Positions 49,753-60,079 of a stretch of 64,000 bases of DNA are shown piece by piece (position 1 is the first letter of the stretch; each line of letters begins with the position of its first letter). This stretch comes from Deltaproteobacteria bacterium. GTDB taxonomy: Bacteria; Myxococcota_A; Polyangia; Polyangiales; Houyiibacteriaceae. Location: the NCBI GenBank assembly GCA_034670305.1, contig JAXMNT010000001.1:256001-320000 (forward strand). Direction: 5' to 3'. Under the pieces are notes generated by a model that had not been told where the DNA came from, made no database searches, and saw nothing but the letters and a program-made list of their open reading frames with translations. A program made the position numbers and the translations under genes.

Positions 49753-50709
49753 ATGAACGCCCCCTCCGCTCCGTCGTTCTTCGAAGGTCCCGAGAAGAAG
49801 CTGGAACTGGCCGTGCTTCCGACCTTTGGATCCCTTCGCGCGCTGGGGGACGACTTCTGGAAGCAAGTGGTCGTGGCCGCCGACGCCCAGGTGCTCTCGA
49901 TCCTGCGGTCGGACGAGTGCGACGCCTATCTCTTGAGCGAGAGCAGCCTCTTCGTGCAGGACGGCTTTCTCACGATGATCACCTGCGGGCGCACCCGGCT
50001 GGTCAACGCGGCCCGGACCATCCTGCAGAAGGTGCCCGCCGACCAGATCGCGCTCGCGATCTACGAGCGGAAGAACGAGCACTTTCCCGAGCGGCAACAC
50101 ACCACCTTCTACGACGACGTCTCGAAGTTGAACGCGCTGCTGCCCGGCCGCGCCCTTCGGTTCGGCGACGAACACGATCACCACATCCACCTCTTCCACT
50201 CGACCCGCCCGTTCGTGCCGGACGGACTCGACACGACCCTCGAGATCCTGATGCACGGCATGCCGCAAGAGACCGCGGACCTGTACGTCGGGGCCTCGGG
50301 CGCACTCGCCGAGTCCACCGGCATCGCCGCGATCCTTCCCGGCTTCGAGATCGACGAACACGTCTTCGAACCGGCCGGCTACTCGATGAATGCGCTGCGC
50401 GGCGCGAACTACGCCACCGTGCACGTCACCCCGGAGACGATCGGCTCTTACGTCAGCTTCGAGACCAATGTGGACTGGCGCGGTCGCTTGCCCGAGCTCG
50501 TGCGCCAGGTCGTGGACGTCTACCGCCCGCGCAGTTTCGACGTGGTCGCCTTCGCGCCGAGCGGCGCAGACGATGAGCGCCTCGGCCTCGAGCGCCACCG
50601 CATCAAAGACCATGTCCGCACCGAGCTCGCCGGCTACCAAGTCGACTTCTGGCACTGCTACGAGCAGCTGAAGGACGCCCGCGACCCGGTCGAGCTGGCC
50701 ATCGGCTAG
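49753..50709 (+). CDS. speD: S-adenosylmethionine decarboxylase proenzyme, eukaryotic (class 2) type
   Basis: [22 protein letters not shown] (E-S cleavage), [23 protein letters not shown]; about 318 aa. Confidence 0.88.
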   Translation: MNAPSAPSFFEGPEKKLELAVLPTFGSLRALGDDFWKQVVVAADAQVLSILRSDECDAYLLSESSLFVQDGFLTMITCGRTRLVNAARTILQKVPADQIALAIYERKNEHFPERQHTTFYDDVSKLNALLPGRALRFGDEHDHHIHLFHSTRPFVPDGLDTTLEILMHGMPQETADLYVGASGALAESTGIAAILPGFEIDEHVFEPAGYSMNALRGANYATVHVTPETIGSYVSFETNVDWRGRLPELVRQVVDVYRPRSFDVVAFAPSGADDERLGLERHRIKDHVRTELAGYQVDFWHCYEQLKDARDPVELAIG

Positions 50710-50713
50710 ACGA

Positions 50714-51020
50714 AGGAAGCTCGGAAGCGGAAGCAGACGCGGAAGCAGAAGCAGAAGCGGAAGCGGAAGCGGAAGCGGAAGCAGAAGCGGAAGCGGAAGC
50801 GGAAGCGGAAGCGGAAGCGGATTCGGGATCGGATTCGGGATCGGCTTCGGCTTCGGGATCGGCTTCGGGATCGGCTTCGGCTTCGGGATCGGCTTCGGCT
50901 TCGGCTTCGGGATCGGCTTCGGCTTCGGGATCGGCTTCGGCTTCGGCTTCGGGATCGGCTTCGGCTTCGGCTTCGGGCTCCTCGGGGCACGGGCACGGGC
51001 ACCGGCAAGGGCAAGGGGCC
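50714..51020. repeat. Compound hexamer tract: (GGAAGC)n, then (TTCGGS/ATCGGC)n, then (GGGCAC/GGCAAG)n
   Basis: Read directly; the pattern switches at about 50820. Confidence 0.92.
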
Positions 51021-51068
51021 TTGCGGCCAGCCTTTGACGCCTGTGCACCCGTACTCCATATCCTCTCG

Positions 51069-52172
51069 ATGGCCCTCTCTCTCGAAGAAGCGACCACCCT
51101 GATCGGCGAGGTCGTCGACCCCACGTTCGAGCGCACGCTCGCCGCCCTCGGCACGTTGTCCGACGTCGCGATCGACGGCGCGCGCGTGAACTGCACCGTC
51201 CAGCTCAGCTCGCCCTCGGAACCGATCCGCGTGAAGGTGAAGGCCGCGATCGAAGCCAAGCTCGCGCCGCACGGAGTGGACTTCGTCGAGGTGGAATGGA
51301 GAGTGCGCGTGCCGACGCGCGAGGCCGTGAGCGGCGATCCCATCCCGGACGTGCGCAACGTCATCCTGGTGATGAGTGGCAAGGGCGGCGTCGGCAAGAG
51401 CACGGTCGCGACCAACCTCGCGCTCGCGCTGCGGCGCGCGGGCACGCGGGTCGGATTGCTCGACGCGGATCTCTACGGGCCGTCCCTGCCGACCATGCTC
51501 GGCATCCAGGGCCAGCCGAGCAGCCCCGACGGCAAACGCATCACGCCGCTGCAACGGTTCGGCCTGAAGCTGATGAGCATCGGGTTTCTGCTCGAGGATC
51601 CGAAGCAGGCCGTCATCTGGCGCGGCCCGATGCTGCACGGTGCACTGCAGCAGTTCATCTCGGACGTGGACTGGGGCGAACTCGACTACCTCGTGATCGA
51701 TCTCCCGCCGGGCACCGGCGACGTGGCGCTCACACTTGCGCAGAAGATGCGCGTGACCGGCGTCGTGATGGTCACCACCCCCCAAGAGGTCGCACTGGCC
51801 GACGTCTACAAGGGCGTCTCGATGTGCAAGAAGCTCAACCTACCGATCGTCGGTGTGGTGGAGAACATGAGCTGGTTCGTGGACAGCGCCGGCGTGAAGC
51901 ACGAGATCTTCGGCGCCGGCGGCGGCGCCAAGATCGCCGAGGCCTGCGACGCGCCTTTGCTCGGCCAAATCCCCATGCACACCGATGTGCGCGAATGGGG
52001 CGACAAAGGCACGCCCATCGTCCAGGCCGACCCGGGCGGCACCGCCGGCCTCGCCTTCGCGGCCATCGCGGAAGCCTTGGCGGACCGCATCGCCGCCCTT
52101 CACTTCGCCGCCACCGAGAGCGAAAAGGCCCCGCGCGCAGACGGCCGCAAGCGACTGAAGATCCTGCGCTAG
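51069..52172 (+). CDS. apbC: Mrp/NBP35 Fe-S cluster carrier ATPase
   Basis: [47 protein letters not shown]. Confidence 0.93.
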   Translation: MALSLEEATTLIGEVVDPTFERTLAALGTLSDVAIDGARVNCTVQLSSPSEPIRVKVKAAIEAKLAPHGVDFVEVEWRVRVPTREAVSGDPIPDVRNVILVMSGKGGVGKSTVATNLALALRRAGTRVGLLDADLYGPSLPTMLGIQGQPSSPDGKRITPLQRFGLKLMSIGFLLEDPKQAVIWRGPMLHGALQQFISDVDWGELDYLVIDLPPGTGDVALTLAQKMRVTGVVMVTTPQEVALADVYKGVSMCKKLNLPIVGVVENMSWFVDSAGVKHEIFGAGGGAKIAEACDAPLLGQIPMHTDVREWGDKGTPIVQADPGGTAGLAFAAIAEALADRIAALHFAATESEKAPRADGRKRLKILR

Positions 52173-52392
52173 CAGACGGCCGAAGGCCGGCCTGCTCCCT
52201 TGCCCCTGCCCTTGCCCCTGCCCTTGCCCTTGGTTCGCTGGGGGGCATCGGCGTCGGCGTCGGCGTCGGCTTCGGCGTCGGCGTTGGCGTCGGCTCCGGC
52301 GTTGGCGTCGGCTTCGGCTCCGGCTTCGGCTTCGGCGTCGGATTCGTGTGATCGGGCACGGGCACGGGCACGGGCACGGGCCCTTCGGCTTC
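52169..52392. repeat. Mini relative of the composite element: CTAG-hairpin, (CCCTTG)n, (TCGGCK)n, (GGGCAC)n
   Basis: CTAGCAGACGGCCGAAGGCCGGCCTGCTCCCTTGCCC mirrors the element end ...CCTGCTCCCTTGCCC at 485-500. Confidence 0.75.
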
Positions 52393-52419
52393 AGCGCCGC
52401 CGCTTCGCTGCGTGCCGCC

Positions 52420-53283
52420 CTACTGCATCATCTCGCGCGCCAGCTCTGTCGCGGGGCCCAGCGGGCGGACGGCGCGGATGAGGGCTTCGTCGCCGGCGAG
52501 GGCGCGCACGTCGAGGAGCGCTTTCTTGGCGTCTTCGTCCTTGCCCTGACTCGCGAAGGCGTGGGCCCGGACCACGCCGTAGCTGGCGGCGATGGCGGCG
52601 TCTTCCGGATCGTCGAACGCGTCGGCGCGGGAGAGGGCTTCTTCGACGTTCCCTTGGATCGCGAAGAGCAGCGCTTCGGTGGCGTTGAGCCAGCGCTCGA
52701 CTTCGGCGTCGGCGGGGCGCTTGATCTGTGCGAGTGCGTCCTGCGCCCCTTCGAGGTCGCCGTGTTCGAGCCGGAGCGTCGCGAGCGCTTGCAGCACCCG
52801 CTCCCGCAGAGGCGAGACGAGGGCGTCGATCTCGATGCGCTCCACGTGATCGGCAGCCGCCCGCCACTCGCCGATCCCAGTGAGGGGGACGCTCGCGAAG
52901 AGCGCGACCTGCGCGTAGCCGGCCGGGGTGAGCCGGTCGGTCATCACCTTCAGCCGCGCGTCGAGCACACGCATGGCTTCTTCCTGGTTGTCCGGTTGGG
53001 TCAGCCGGTAGCAGAGCAGGGCGGTGCCCCGGAGGTAGCGCGATCGCCGCGCTGCGCTGAACGCCAACAGACCTCCGATCCCCGCGCCGATCGCCGCCGC
53101 GATGTGGGGTTCGAACGCGAGCATGCAGAGGGCACCGGCGACGAGCGTGGTCAGTGCGGCGCCGATGATCGCGCGCAGGACCATGGCCCACGAAAACATC
53201 GTGAGGGGCACCCCCCACGCCGCGCTGCGGGAGACGGGCGCAAGAAGGCCGATCGCGACGGCGGCCAACGAGACGATCCACAT
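52420..53283 (-). CDS. Membrane protein with TPR-like C-terminus
   Basis: N-terminal TM helices followed by helical repeats. Confidence 0.65.
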   Translation of the reverse strand: MWIVSLAAVAIGLLAPVSRSAAWGVPLTMFSWAMVLRAIIGAALTTLVAGALCMLAFEPHIAAAIGAGIGGLLAFSAARRSRYLRGTALLCYRLTQPDNQEEAMRVLDARLKVMTDRLTPAGYAQVALFASVPLTGIGEWRAAADHVERIEIDALVSPLRERVLQALATLRLEHGDLEGAQDALAQIKRPADAEVERWLNATEALLFAIQGNVEEALSRADAFDDPEDAAIAASYGVVRAHAFASQGKDEDAKKALLDVRALAGDEALIRAVRPLGPATELAREMMQ

Positions 53284-53293
53284 GGACGGCGGT

Positions 53294-53842
53294 CTAGTCT
53301 GCGTCGGCGGCGGCCGCACGCGCCTCGCGGCGCTGGCGCACGGCGGCGGCCGTCGTGTCGAGCGCGGAGATCGCTTCGAGCGCCCGCTGCATGCCGGCTG
53401 AGACTTCGGCCGGGAGCACGGTCGGGTGGGTCTGACTGAACGTCACGAGCGCCGCGACCGCCTCGCGTGCCTCGCGCCCGTTCGAGTCGATCAGCAGCAC
53501 CCGTGCGGTGTTGAGCAGACCACGGCCTTCGTGCAGCGGGTCGCCGGCCTGCCGCGCGAGTCGGGCGCAGGTGCGAAACGACTCGAGCGCCGGCCCGTTC
53601 TGCTCCTGACGCAACAGCGCGGTGCCCAGATGGCAGTGGGCCGCTGCGCTGCCCGGGTTCGCCGCTGCGGCGGTTCGCAACGCCGAGATGGCTCCGTCCA
53701 CGTCGCCGGCATGAAGCTGCTCCACCGCGGCGCGCACTTGCGTGACGTACTCGGAGGCGCCGGGCGCGGGTGCTTCGGTTTCGTCGTCCGCGAAGGCGAC
53801 GGAGGTCAGACAGACGAGAAGACCCACGAGAGAGGCACGCAT
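53294..53842 (-). CDS. Secreted TPR protein
   Basis: Signal peptide [36 protein letters not shown]. Confidence 0.75.
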   Translation of the reverse strand: MRASLVGLLVCLTSVAFADDETEAPAPGASEYVTQVRAAVEQLHAGDVDGAISALRTAAAANPGSAAAHCHLGTALLRQEQNGPALESFRTCARLARQAGDPLHEGRGLLNTARVLLIDSNGREAREAVAALVTFSQTHPTVLPAEVSAGMQRALEAISALDTTAAAVRQRREARAAAADAD

Positions 53843-53890
53843 GGGCTCAGCGTACCAGGAAGCCGATGCCAGAGCCGAACCAAAGGCCTC

Positions 53891-54163
53891 TTGCCCTTGC
53901 CCCTGCCCGTGCCCTTGCCTTTGCCCGTGCCCGTGCCCGTGCCCGTGCCCGTGCCCTTGCCCTCCCTTGCCCTTCTTGGACCCCGAAGCCGATTCCGATT
54001 CCGAAGCCGAAGCCGAAGCCGAAGCCGATGCCGAAGCCGAAGCCGAAGCCGATGCCGATGCCGACGCCGATGCCGAAGCCGCTGCCGAAGTCGAAGCCGA
54101 AGCCGAAGCCGATGCCGAAGCCGATGCCGATGCCGACACCGACGCCGAAGCCGACGCCGAGCC
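53891..54163. repeat. Compound hexamer tract (GCCCTT/GCCCGT)n then (GCCGAA/GCCGAT/GCCGAC)n
   Basis: Fills the divergent intergenic gap upstream of nadB. Confidence 0.92.
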
Positions 54164-54215
54164 CGCGCCGAAAAGGCGTGGGACCGGATGGCAGGGGCGG
54201 GGTAGATTGCGGGGC

Positions 54216-55832
54216 ATGCGTGTTGAATGCGATCTCCTCGTCATCGGATCCGGTGTGGCCGGGCTCACGTTTGCGCTCGAAGCGAGCAAACACGCGAAGG
54301 TCACGATCCTCACCAAACGGTCGCGCTTCGAGTCCAACACGAACTACGCGCAGGGCGGGATCGCAGCGGTGCTGGACCCGGAGGACTCGATCGACGCCCA
54401 TGTGGCGGACACGCTGGCGACCGGCGGCGGGCTCTCGGATCCGGAGGTCGTGAACATCGTCGTCGGGGACGGTCCGCTCCGGGTGAAGGAGCTCATCGAG
54501 CTCGGCGCGAAGTTCAGCCGGCGGGAGAGCGACGGCGAACTCGATCTCACCCGAGAGGGAGGCCACAGCGCCCGCCGCGTGATCCACGCGGGCGACATCA
54601 CGGGCCGAGAGGTACAGCGCGCGCTGCTCGATGCGGTCGCGCAGAACGACCAGATCGAGATCCTCGAAGATCACATGGCGATCGATCTCATCGAGCAGAG
54701 CCGCTTCGGTGGGCCGTCACGCCGCGTGGTGGGGGCCTACGCGCTGCACGAACCGACCGGCGACGTGCACACGTACATTGCGAAGGCGACCATCTTGGCG
54801 GCGGGCGGTGCGGGCAAGGTCTACCTCTACACCTCCAACCCAGACGTCGCGACCGGCGACGGGGTGGCGATGGCGTACCGGGCCGGCGCGCAGATCGGGA
54901 ACATGGAGTTCTTCCAGTTCCACCCGACGAGCCTCTACCACCCCGAAGCGAAGAGTTTCCTCATCAGCGAAGCGCTCCGAGGAGAGGGTGGCGTGCTCCG
55001 GCTCGGCGACGGCACCGCCTTCATGGAGAAGCACCACGAGATGAAAGATCTCGCGCCGCGCGATGTCGTGGCCCGCGCGATCGACTGGGAGATGAAGCGC
55101 TCCGGTGAGGATCACGTGTTCCTCGACATGACGCACCTCGAAGACAGCTACGTCGCGGAGCGTTTCCCGAACATTCACGGGATGTGTCTGCGCTACGGCG
55201 TCGACATGACCAAGAAGCCGATCCCCGTGGTGCCGGCGGCGCACTACATGTGCGGCGGCGTGGTGATCGACCACGAAGGCCGAACGAGTCTGCCGGGCTT
55301 GTGGGCGATCGGCGAGGTGACTTGCTCGGGGCTGCATGGCGCGAACCGACTCGCCAGCAACTCATTGCTGGAAGGGCTCGTCTACGGGCACCGCGTGGCG
55401 CAGACGCTGGCGGCGTGCAACCTGCCCGCGGGTCCCGTCGGCGAGGTGCCGGACTGGGATGTCGGCAGCGCAGTCCGCAGCGACGAGGCGGTCATCGTCA
55501 CCCAGAACTGGGACGAGATCCGGCGCTTCATGTGGAACTACGTCGGCATCGTCCGCACGGACAAACGGCTCAAGCGCGCCGCGCGCCGCATCGCGATGCT
55601 CCAAGACGAGATCCGCGAGTACTACTGGGCCCACCTGGTCAACCGCGACATGCTCGAGTTGCGCAACATCGCGGACGTCGCCGAACTCATCATCCTCTGC
55701 GCGATCGCGCGCAAAGAGAGCCGCGGCCTGCACTACACGCTCGATCACAAAGACGTGGACGACGAGAACTTCGGCGACGACACCCTGATCGAACGCGGGC
55801 TGCCCGCGTACATCCGCCAGCGCGGCGACTGA
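54216..55832 (+). CDS. nadB: L-aspartate oxidase
   Basis: [69 protein letters not shown]. Confidence 0.96.
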   Translation: MRVECDLLVIGSGVAGLTFALEASKHAKVTILTKRSRFESNTNYAQGGIAAVLDPEDSIDAHVADTLATGGGLSDPEVVNIVVGDGPLRVKELIELGAKFSRRESDGELDLTREGGHSARRVIHAGDITGREVQRALLDAVAQNDQIEILEDHMAIDLIEQSRFGGPSRRVVGAYALHEPTGDVHTYIAKATILAAGGAGKVYLYTSNPDVATGDGVAMAYRAGAQIGNMEFFQFHPTSLYHPEAKSFLISEALRGEGGVLRLGDGTAFMEKHHEMKDLAPRDVVARAIDWEMKRSGEDHVFLDMTHLEDSYVAERFPNIHGMCLRYGVDMTKKPIPVVPAAHYMCGGVVIDHEGRTSLPGLWAIGEVTCSGLHGANRLASNSLLEGLVYGHRVAQTLAACNLPAGPVGEVPDWDVGSAVRSDEAVIVTQNWDEIRRFMWNYVGIVRTDKRLKRAARRIAMLQDEIREYYWAHLVNRDMLELRNIADVAELIILCAIARKESRGLHYTLDHKDVDDENFGDDTLIERGLPAYIRQRGD

Positions 55833-55933
55833 GCGCCGGCCAGCGGCGTCGACTGCGGGCGCCGCGTCTAAGAAGGCGGGGCTCGTTTGCTGGATAGGGC
55901 GGCCGAACTCCGGCTTATGCGAAGCGCACTGAC

Positions 55934-56371
55934 CTACTCCTCGCGCCCGACCGACTTCAGGTACACCGCGTAGTCGGTGTCGCGCTCGACCGCGACGATC
56001 TCGACCACGCGCGCTCCCTGCTCGAGCCGAACGCCGCGCACGAGCTGGCGGTCGGGCGGGCTCCACCAGGCCAGCGGCTCTTCGGGCAACATCGGGTGGG
56101 TGTCGTAACCGCGCTCAAGCGCGCCGTCGGTCGTTCCGCACGACTCGAGCATGCCGGGCAGCTGCTCTTTCGGGATGACCGTCTTGGCGTGTACGACGAA
56201 CTGTTCGGCGTCGCCACCGATGTGGTCGTGGACGCGCACAGCACCGGACGGAACGTGGCACCCGGTGAACGCGAAGATGCGTGCGCGTGGGCCTCCGCTC
56301 GAGTCTTCACCGCCGCACGCACCAAAGAGCAGGGCACACGCGAGCAGGGCCCGCCGCACTCCCATGCTCAC
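55934..56371 (-). CDS. Putative lipoprotein
   Basis: LLFGAC lipobox; GTGA overlap with the ACP stop. Confidence 0.65.
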   Translation of the reverse strand: MSMGVRRALLACALLFGACGGEDSSGGPRARIFAFTGCHVPSGAVRVHDHIGGDAEQFVVHAKTVIPKEQLPGMLESCGTTDGALERGYDTHPMLPEEPLAWWSPPDRQLVRGVRLEQGARVVEIVAVERDTDYAVYLKSVGREE

Positions 56372-56610
56372 TCGGCCGCTTGGGGCAGGCGCGCTTTCAC
56401 CTTCTCGTAGACCGCGTTCAGGTTGGTCAGCTCCTGAAGTTCTTCCTCGGGGATCGACAACTTGAACGTGCGCTCGACGTCCGCGACGATCTCGATCGCC
56501 ATCATGCTGTCGATGCCGAGGTCGGCGAATGGCGTCGCGTCGGGCACTTCGTCGATCTCCGCGACCTCCGCGATGATCTCCCGGAGCTGCTGTTTCAGTT
56601 CGTCAGACAT
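56368..56610 (-). CDS. Acyl carrier protein
   Basis: Acidic 80 aa; DLGIDSM phosphopantetheine site. Confidence 0.95.
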   Translation of the reverse strand: MSDELKQQLREIIAEVAEIDEVPDATPFADLGIDSMMAIEIVADVERTFKLSIPEEELQELTNLNAVYEKVKARLPQAAE

Positions 56611-56670
56611 TCGTTCCCATCCTCATTGGTTCCACGGCTCGTACGCCGGGGTTTCGATCGTGCGGACGCA

Positions 56671-58395
56671 TCACCCTGCGTCCAGTGTGGGGTCGGGGGC
56701 GTGCTCGGCGAGCGCGCCCGCTTCGAAGAGTTGTTTGGTCTTGCGCCGCTGGGCTTTGCCGCTGCTCGTCTTCGGCAGGGTACCCACGGGGCAGATCGCG
56801 ACATGGGCGGGAGAGAGACCGAAGTCCTGTTGCACCTTGCGGGCGATCTCGACCCGCAAGCGCTCGGCGTCGCCGCTCACCGCCTCGGCCGCCATGACCA
56901 GCTGCTCGGTTCCGTCCTTCATCACACTGAACGCGAACACGTTGCCTCGGCGCACGCCCTCGATGTCGGCCACGGACCATTCCAGGTCCTGAGGATAGTG
57001 GTTCGCGCCTCGAATGATGATGAGGTCTTTCACGCGTCCACAGATGAAGAGCTGCGGGCTCGGCGGCGCGTTGGGATCGCCGGCGTCGCTGGCGAAGTAG
57101 CCAAGGTCTCCGGTTTGAAGCCATCCCTCGCGCAGCGCCTCGGCCGTGGCATCGGCGGCTTCGAAGTAGCCCGGCGTGACACTGGGTCCGCGTGCGACGA
57201 CCTGCCCGACCCGGCGCTCCGGCAACGGCTTGCCCTCGGGGTCCACGACCTGCACGTCGTGGTCGGGGAACCCGCGGCCGCAGCCCATCACCTCGAGCGC
57301 GTCGTCCGCGTCGCTCGGACGCGCGACGCCATCTTGCATCGCTTTCGGATCCACCCGGTCGACCACCATCTCGGTGCCGTGCGGATGAAACGTGATCGCG
57401 AGCGTGGACTCCGCCATGCCGTAGCTCGGCAAGAACGCGTTCGAACGGAACCCAACCGGCGCGAACTTGGTCGCGAACTCTTGCAGTGTGCGGGCGCGGA
57501 TCGGTTCGGCGCCCGAACCGGCGACCCGGAGCGTGCTCAGATCCAGCGACGCGAGCTGCCGCTCTTTCACCCGCTTCGTCACGAGCTGGTACGCGAAGTT
57601 CGGTGCGTAGGTGATCGTGCCGCGGTGTTTGGTGATGGTCTCGAGCCAGAGCCCCGGGCTGCGCGCGAAGGTCTCGGTGGGCAGCACCACCACCGGGATG
57701 TCCATCACCAGCGTGCCGAGCACGAAGCCGATGAGGCCCATGTCGTGAAAGAGCGGCAACCAGGAGACGCCCTTGTCGTCGTCGTTTCGGTCCAGTCCGT
57801 GCGGCCCGAGGAACGCCGAGGCATTGGCGACCAGGTTGCCGTGCGTGACCATCACGCCTTTGGGTTTGGACGTGCTCCCGCTCGTGAACTGAAGAAAGCA
57901 GAGGTCGTCGGGCGTCAGCGCCGGGGCGGTGAACGAAGGCGCGGTGTCGTCGAAGACGGAGACGTCGCAGATCCGCGCGGTCGATCCGCGTTCGGCGATC
58001 CGCGCGACGACCTCGCGGTTGCTCGCCATGCAGAAGACGACCTTGGCCCCGCTCGTGCCGACGATGTGCGCGAGTGTGTCGACGTAGCCGTCCACGTTCT
58101 TGAAACTGGCGCGGGGGTAGATCGGGACCGGGACGACCCCCGCCACCGCGGCGCCGAGGAACGTGAGCACGAATTCGTGCGGCTCCGGAATCACGAGCGC
58201 GACCCGGTCGCCCTTCGAGAGACCGAGCCCCTGGAGGAAGGCCGCGCGCCGGTGGGCTTCGCGTTCGAGATCCCCGTACGCGAAGTACTGCTCTTCGCGT
58301 TTCGTGCTGACGAAGGTGAACCCGCGGCCTTCGCCCTGGCGAAGCGACCCCATCGCGGAAACCAAGGTTGCCTTCGGGTGGGTGCGCAACTCCAT
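56671..58395 (-). CDS. Fatty acyl-AMP ligase (FAAL)
   Basis: LQFTSGSTSKPKGV, SWLPLFHDMGLIG, YGMAESTL, GRVKDLIIIRGANHYPQDLE, PKTSSGK. Confidence 0.92.
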   Translation of the reverse strand: MELRTHPKATLVSAMGSLRQGEGRGFTFVSTKREEQYFAYGDLEREAHRRAAFLQGLGLSKGDRVALVIPEPHEFVLTFLGAAVAGVVPVPIYPRASFKNVDGYVDTLAHIVGTSGAKVVFCMASNREVVARIAERGSTARICDVSVFDDTAPSFTAPALTPDDLCFLQFTSGSTSKPKGVMVTHGNLVANASAFLGPHGLDRNDDDKGVSWLPLFHDMGLIGFVLGTLVMDIPVVVLPTETFARSPGLWLETITKHRGTITYAPNFAYQLVTKRVKERQLASLDLSTLRVAGSGAEPIRARTLQEFATKFAPVGFRSNAFLPSYGMAESTLAITFHPHGTEMVVDRVDPKAMQDGVARPSDADDALEVMGCGRGFPDHDVQVVDPEGKPLPERRVGQVVARGPSVTPGYFEAADATAEALREGWLQTGDLGYFASDAGDPNAPPSPQLFICGRVKDLIIIRGANHYPQDLEWSVADIEGVRRGNVFAFSVMKDGTEQLVMAAEAVSGDAERLRVEIARKVQQDFGLSPAHVAICPVGTLPKTSSGKAQRRKTKQLFEAGALAEHAPDPTLDAG

Positions 58396-58625
58396 CTGGG
58401 CCGAAGTACGGCAGCGTCTGGATCGGGTCAAGCAAGTCCTGAGGCGGTCGCCCCGCGTCGGAATCCTGGTGGACAGCTGTTCGCCGATCGACCTGCGCGC
58501 CTTGCTTCGCGTGCGCCTGGGCGCTTCGCAAAACCGGCCGCCTGGCCGAGCCATTTCACGCACACCCGTCGCCCAACGGTCACATGTGGCAAGGCACGAA
58601 TGGGGCGTCTGCCGCGTTTTTTGGC

Positions 58626-58641
58626 TGGCTCGGCGATTGCT
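58626..58641 (+). promoter_or_regulatory. Candidate sigma-54 promoter for the KS operon
   Basis: TGGCTCGGCGATTGCT = TGG-N10-GCT, about 140 bp upstream of 58781. Confidence 0.55.
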
Positions 58642-58780
58642 CTAGGTGCGGCGTGTTCGGAGGCTTCGCCTTCGTCTGCCAGGCCGCGGATCCCGAGTCG
58701 AAAAGCTGGCCGCGTGGCCTATTTTTGAATGATGTCGCTTAGTTGCGTGGGCCCGGCCGGAATTCTATAGGGAGACCGCA

Positions 58781-60079
58781 GTGAGTACGGAACAACAGAA
58801 AGGCGCGCAGCGCGTCTTCGTCACCGGCGTCGGTGTGGTCAGTCCCATCGGATTCGGTCGGGTCGAGTTCGGACGCGGTCTCGTCGCAGGCAAGAGCGGC
58901 GTCGCGCCGATCCAGCTCTTCGACACCCATGGTCTCGACCGAGACCTCGCGTGTGAGGTGAAGGACTTCCGCCCGCGCGATTTTCTGACCGCCGCTGAAG
59001 CTCGGCGCACCGGTCGCTGTTCGGCGATGGCCGTGGCCGCGGCCCGCATGGCGGTCGAAGACGCGGCCATCTCCGCGGCGGATCTCGGGGGACCTCGGAC
59101 CTCGGTGATCCTCGGCACCACGATGGGCGAAGCCAACGTGCTCGGCGAACTCGAGGCCGCTTGGATCCACGACGGCGAAGCGTCGGTGGAACAGAGCGCG
59201 CTGCCCCGCTACGGCACGACCCTCCTCCCCATCCACGTGGCGCGCGCGTTCGGTGCGCGCGGCATGGTGCAGACCCTCCCGGCGGCCTGCGCGGCGGGCA
59301 ACTACGCGATCGGGTACGCGACCGACCAGATCCGCGCCGGGCGAGCCGACGTGGTCCTCACCGGCGCGAGCGAAGTGATCGAGAAGCTCCAGTTCGCTGG
59401 CTTCTGCCGGCTCGGTGCGATCGCACCCGAGCTGTGTCGTCCCTTCGATCAGGGCCGGCAAGGGCTCATGTGCGGCGAAGGCGCCGCGATCCTCGTGCTG
59501 GAGAGCGAAGCCTCCGTGGTCCGCCGCGGCGCGACGGTGCTCGCGGAGATCGGTGGCTACGGGCTCGCCTGCGACGCGCACCACATCACGCGGCCGCACC
59601 CCGAAGGGTCGGGCAGCGCGCACGCGATGCGACGGGCGATCGCCACGAGCGGTTTGCGTCCAGACGACATCGACTACGTGAACGCGCACGGGACCGGCAC
59701 GTCCGCCAACGACAAGGTCGAAGCGAAGGTTCTGCGCGACGTGTTCGAGAACCGCCAACCCGCTGTGACCAGCGTCAAGAGCATGATCGGTCACTGCATG
59801 GGCGCCGCGAGCGCGATCGAAGCGGTGAGCTGTGTGCTCACGCTGCAAGACGGAGTGATCCCTCCGACGATGAACTACGTGACGCCCGACCCGGAATGCG
59901 AGGTCGACCTGGTCGCGAACCGTCCGCGTTCGGCCAAGGTGCGGATCGCGCTCAACAACGCGCTCGCGTTTGGCGGCTACGACGCGGTCGTGGCGTTCGC
60001 GCAGCCGGGCGTGTTGCCGCCCATCCCGGATCCCAGCCAGATCGACCCCGGTTTCGTTTCCGCACCCGCGGCGCTTTGA
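58781..60079 (+). CDS. Beta-ketoacyl-ACP synthase (FabF-like, catalytically intact)
   Basis: AACAAG (Cys), NAHGTGT (His), KSMIGH (His), AFGG. Confidence 0.93.
   Translation: MSTEQQKGAQRVFVTGVGVVSPIGFGRVEFGRGLVAGKSGVAPIQLFDTHGLDRDLACEVKDFRPRDFLTAAEARRTGRCSAMAVAAARMAVEDAAISAADLGGPRTSVILGTTMGEANVLGELEAAWIHDGEASVEQSALPRYGTTLLPIHVARAFGARGMVQTLPAACAAGNYAIGYATDQIRAGRADVVLTGASEVIEKLQFAGFCRLGAIAPELCRPFDQGRQGLMCGEGAAILVLESEASVVRRGATVLAEIGGYGLACDAHHITRPHPEGSGSAHAMRRAIATSGLRPDDIDYVNAHGTGTSANDKVEAKVLRDVFENRQPAVTSVKSMIGHCMGAASAIEAVSCVLTLQDGVIPPTMNYVTPDPECEVDLVANRPRSAKVRIALNNALAFGGYDAVVAFAQPGVLPPIPDPSQIDPGFVSAPAAL

Noticed and set aside
53742-54215. CPCP/AEAE N-terminal extension of NadB, and other PK, SR or AE repeat ORFs
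   Set aside because: Stop-free hexamer tracts; family motifs begin at downstream starts such as ATG 54216.
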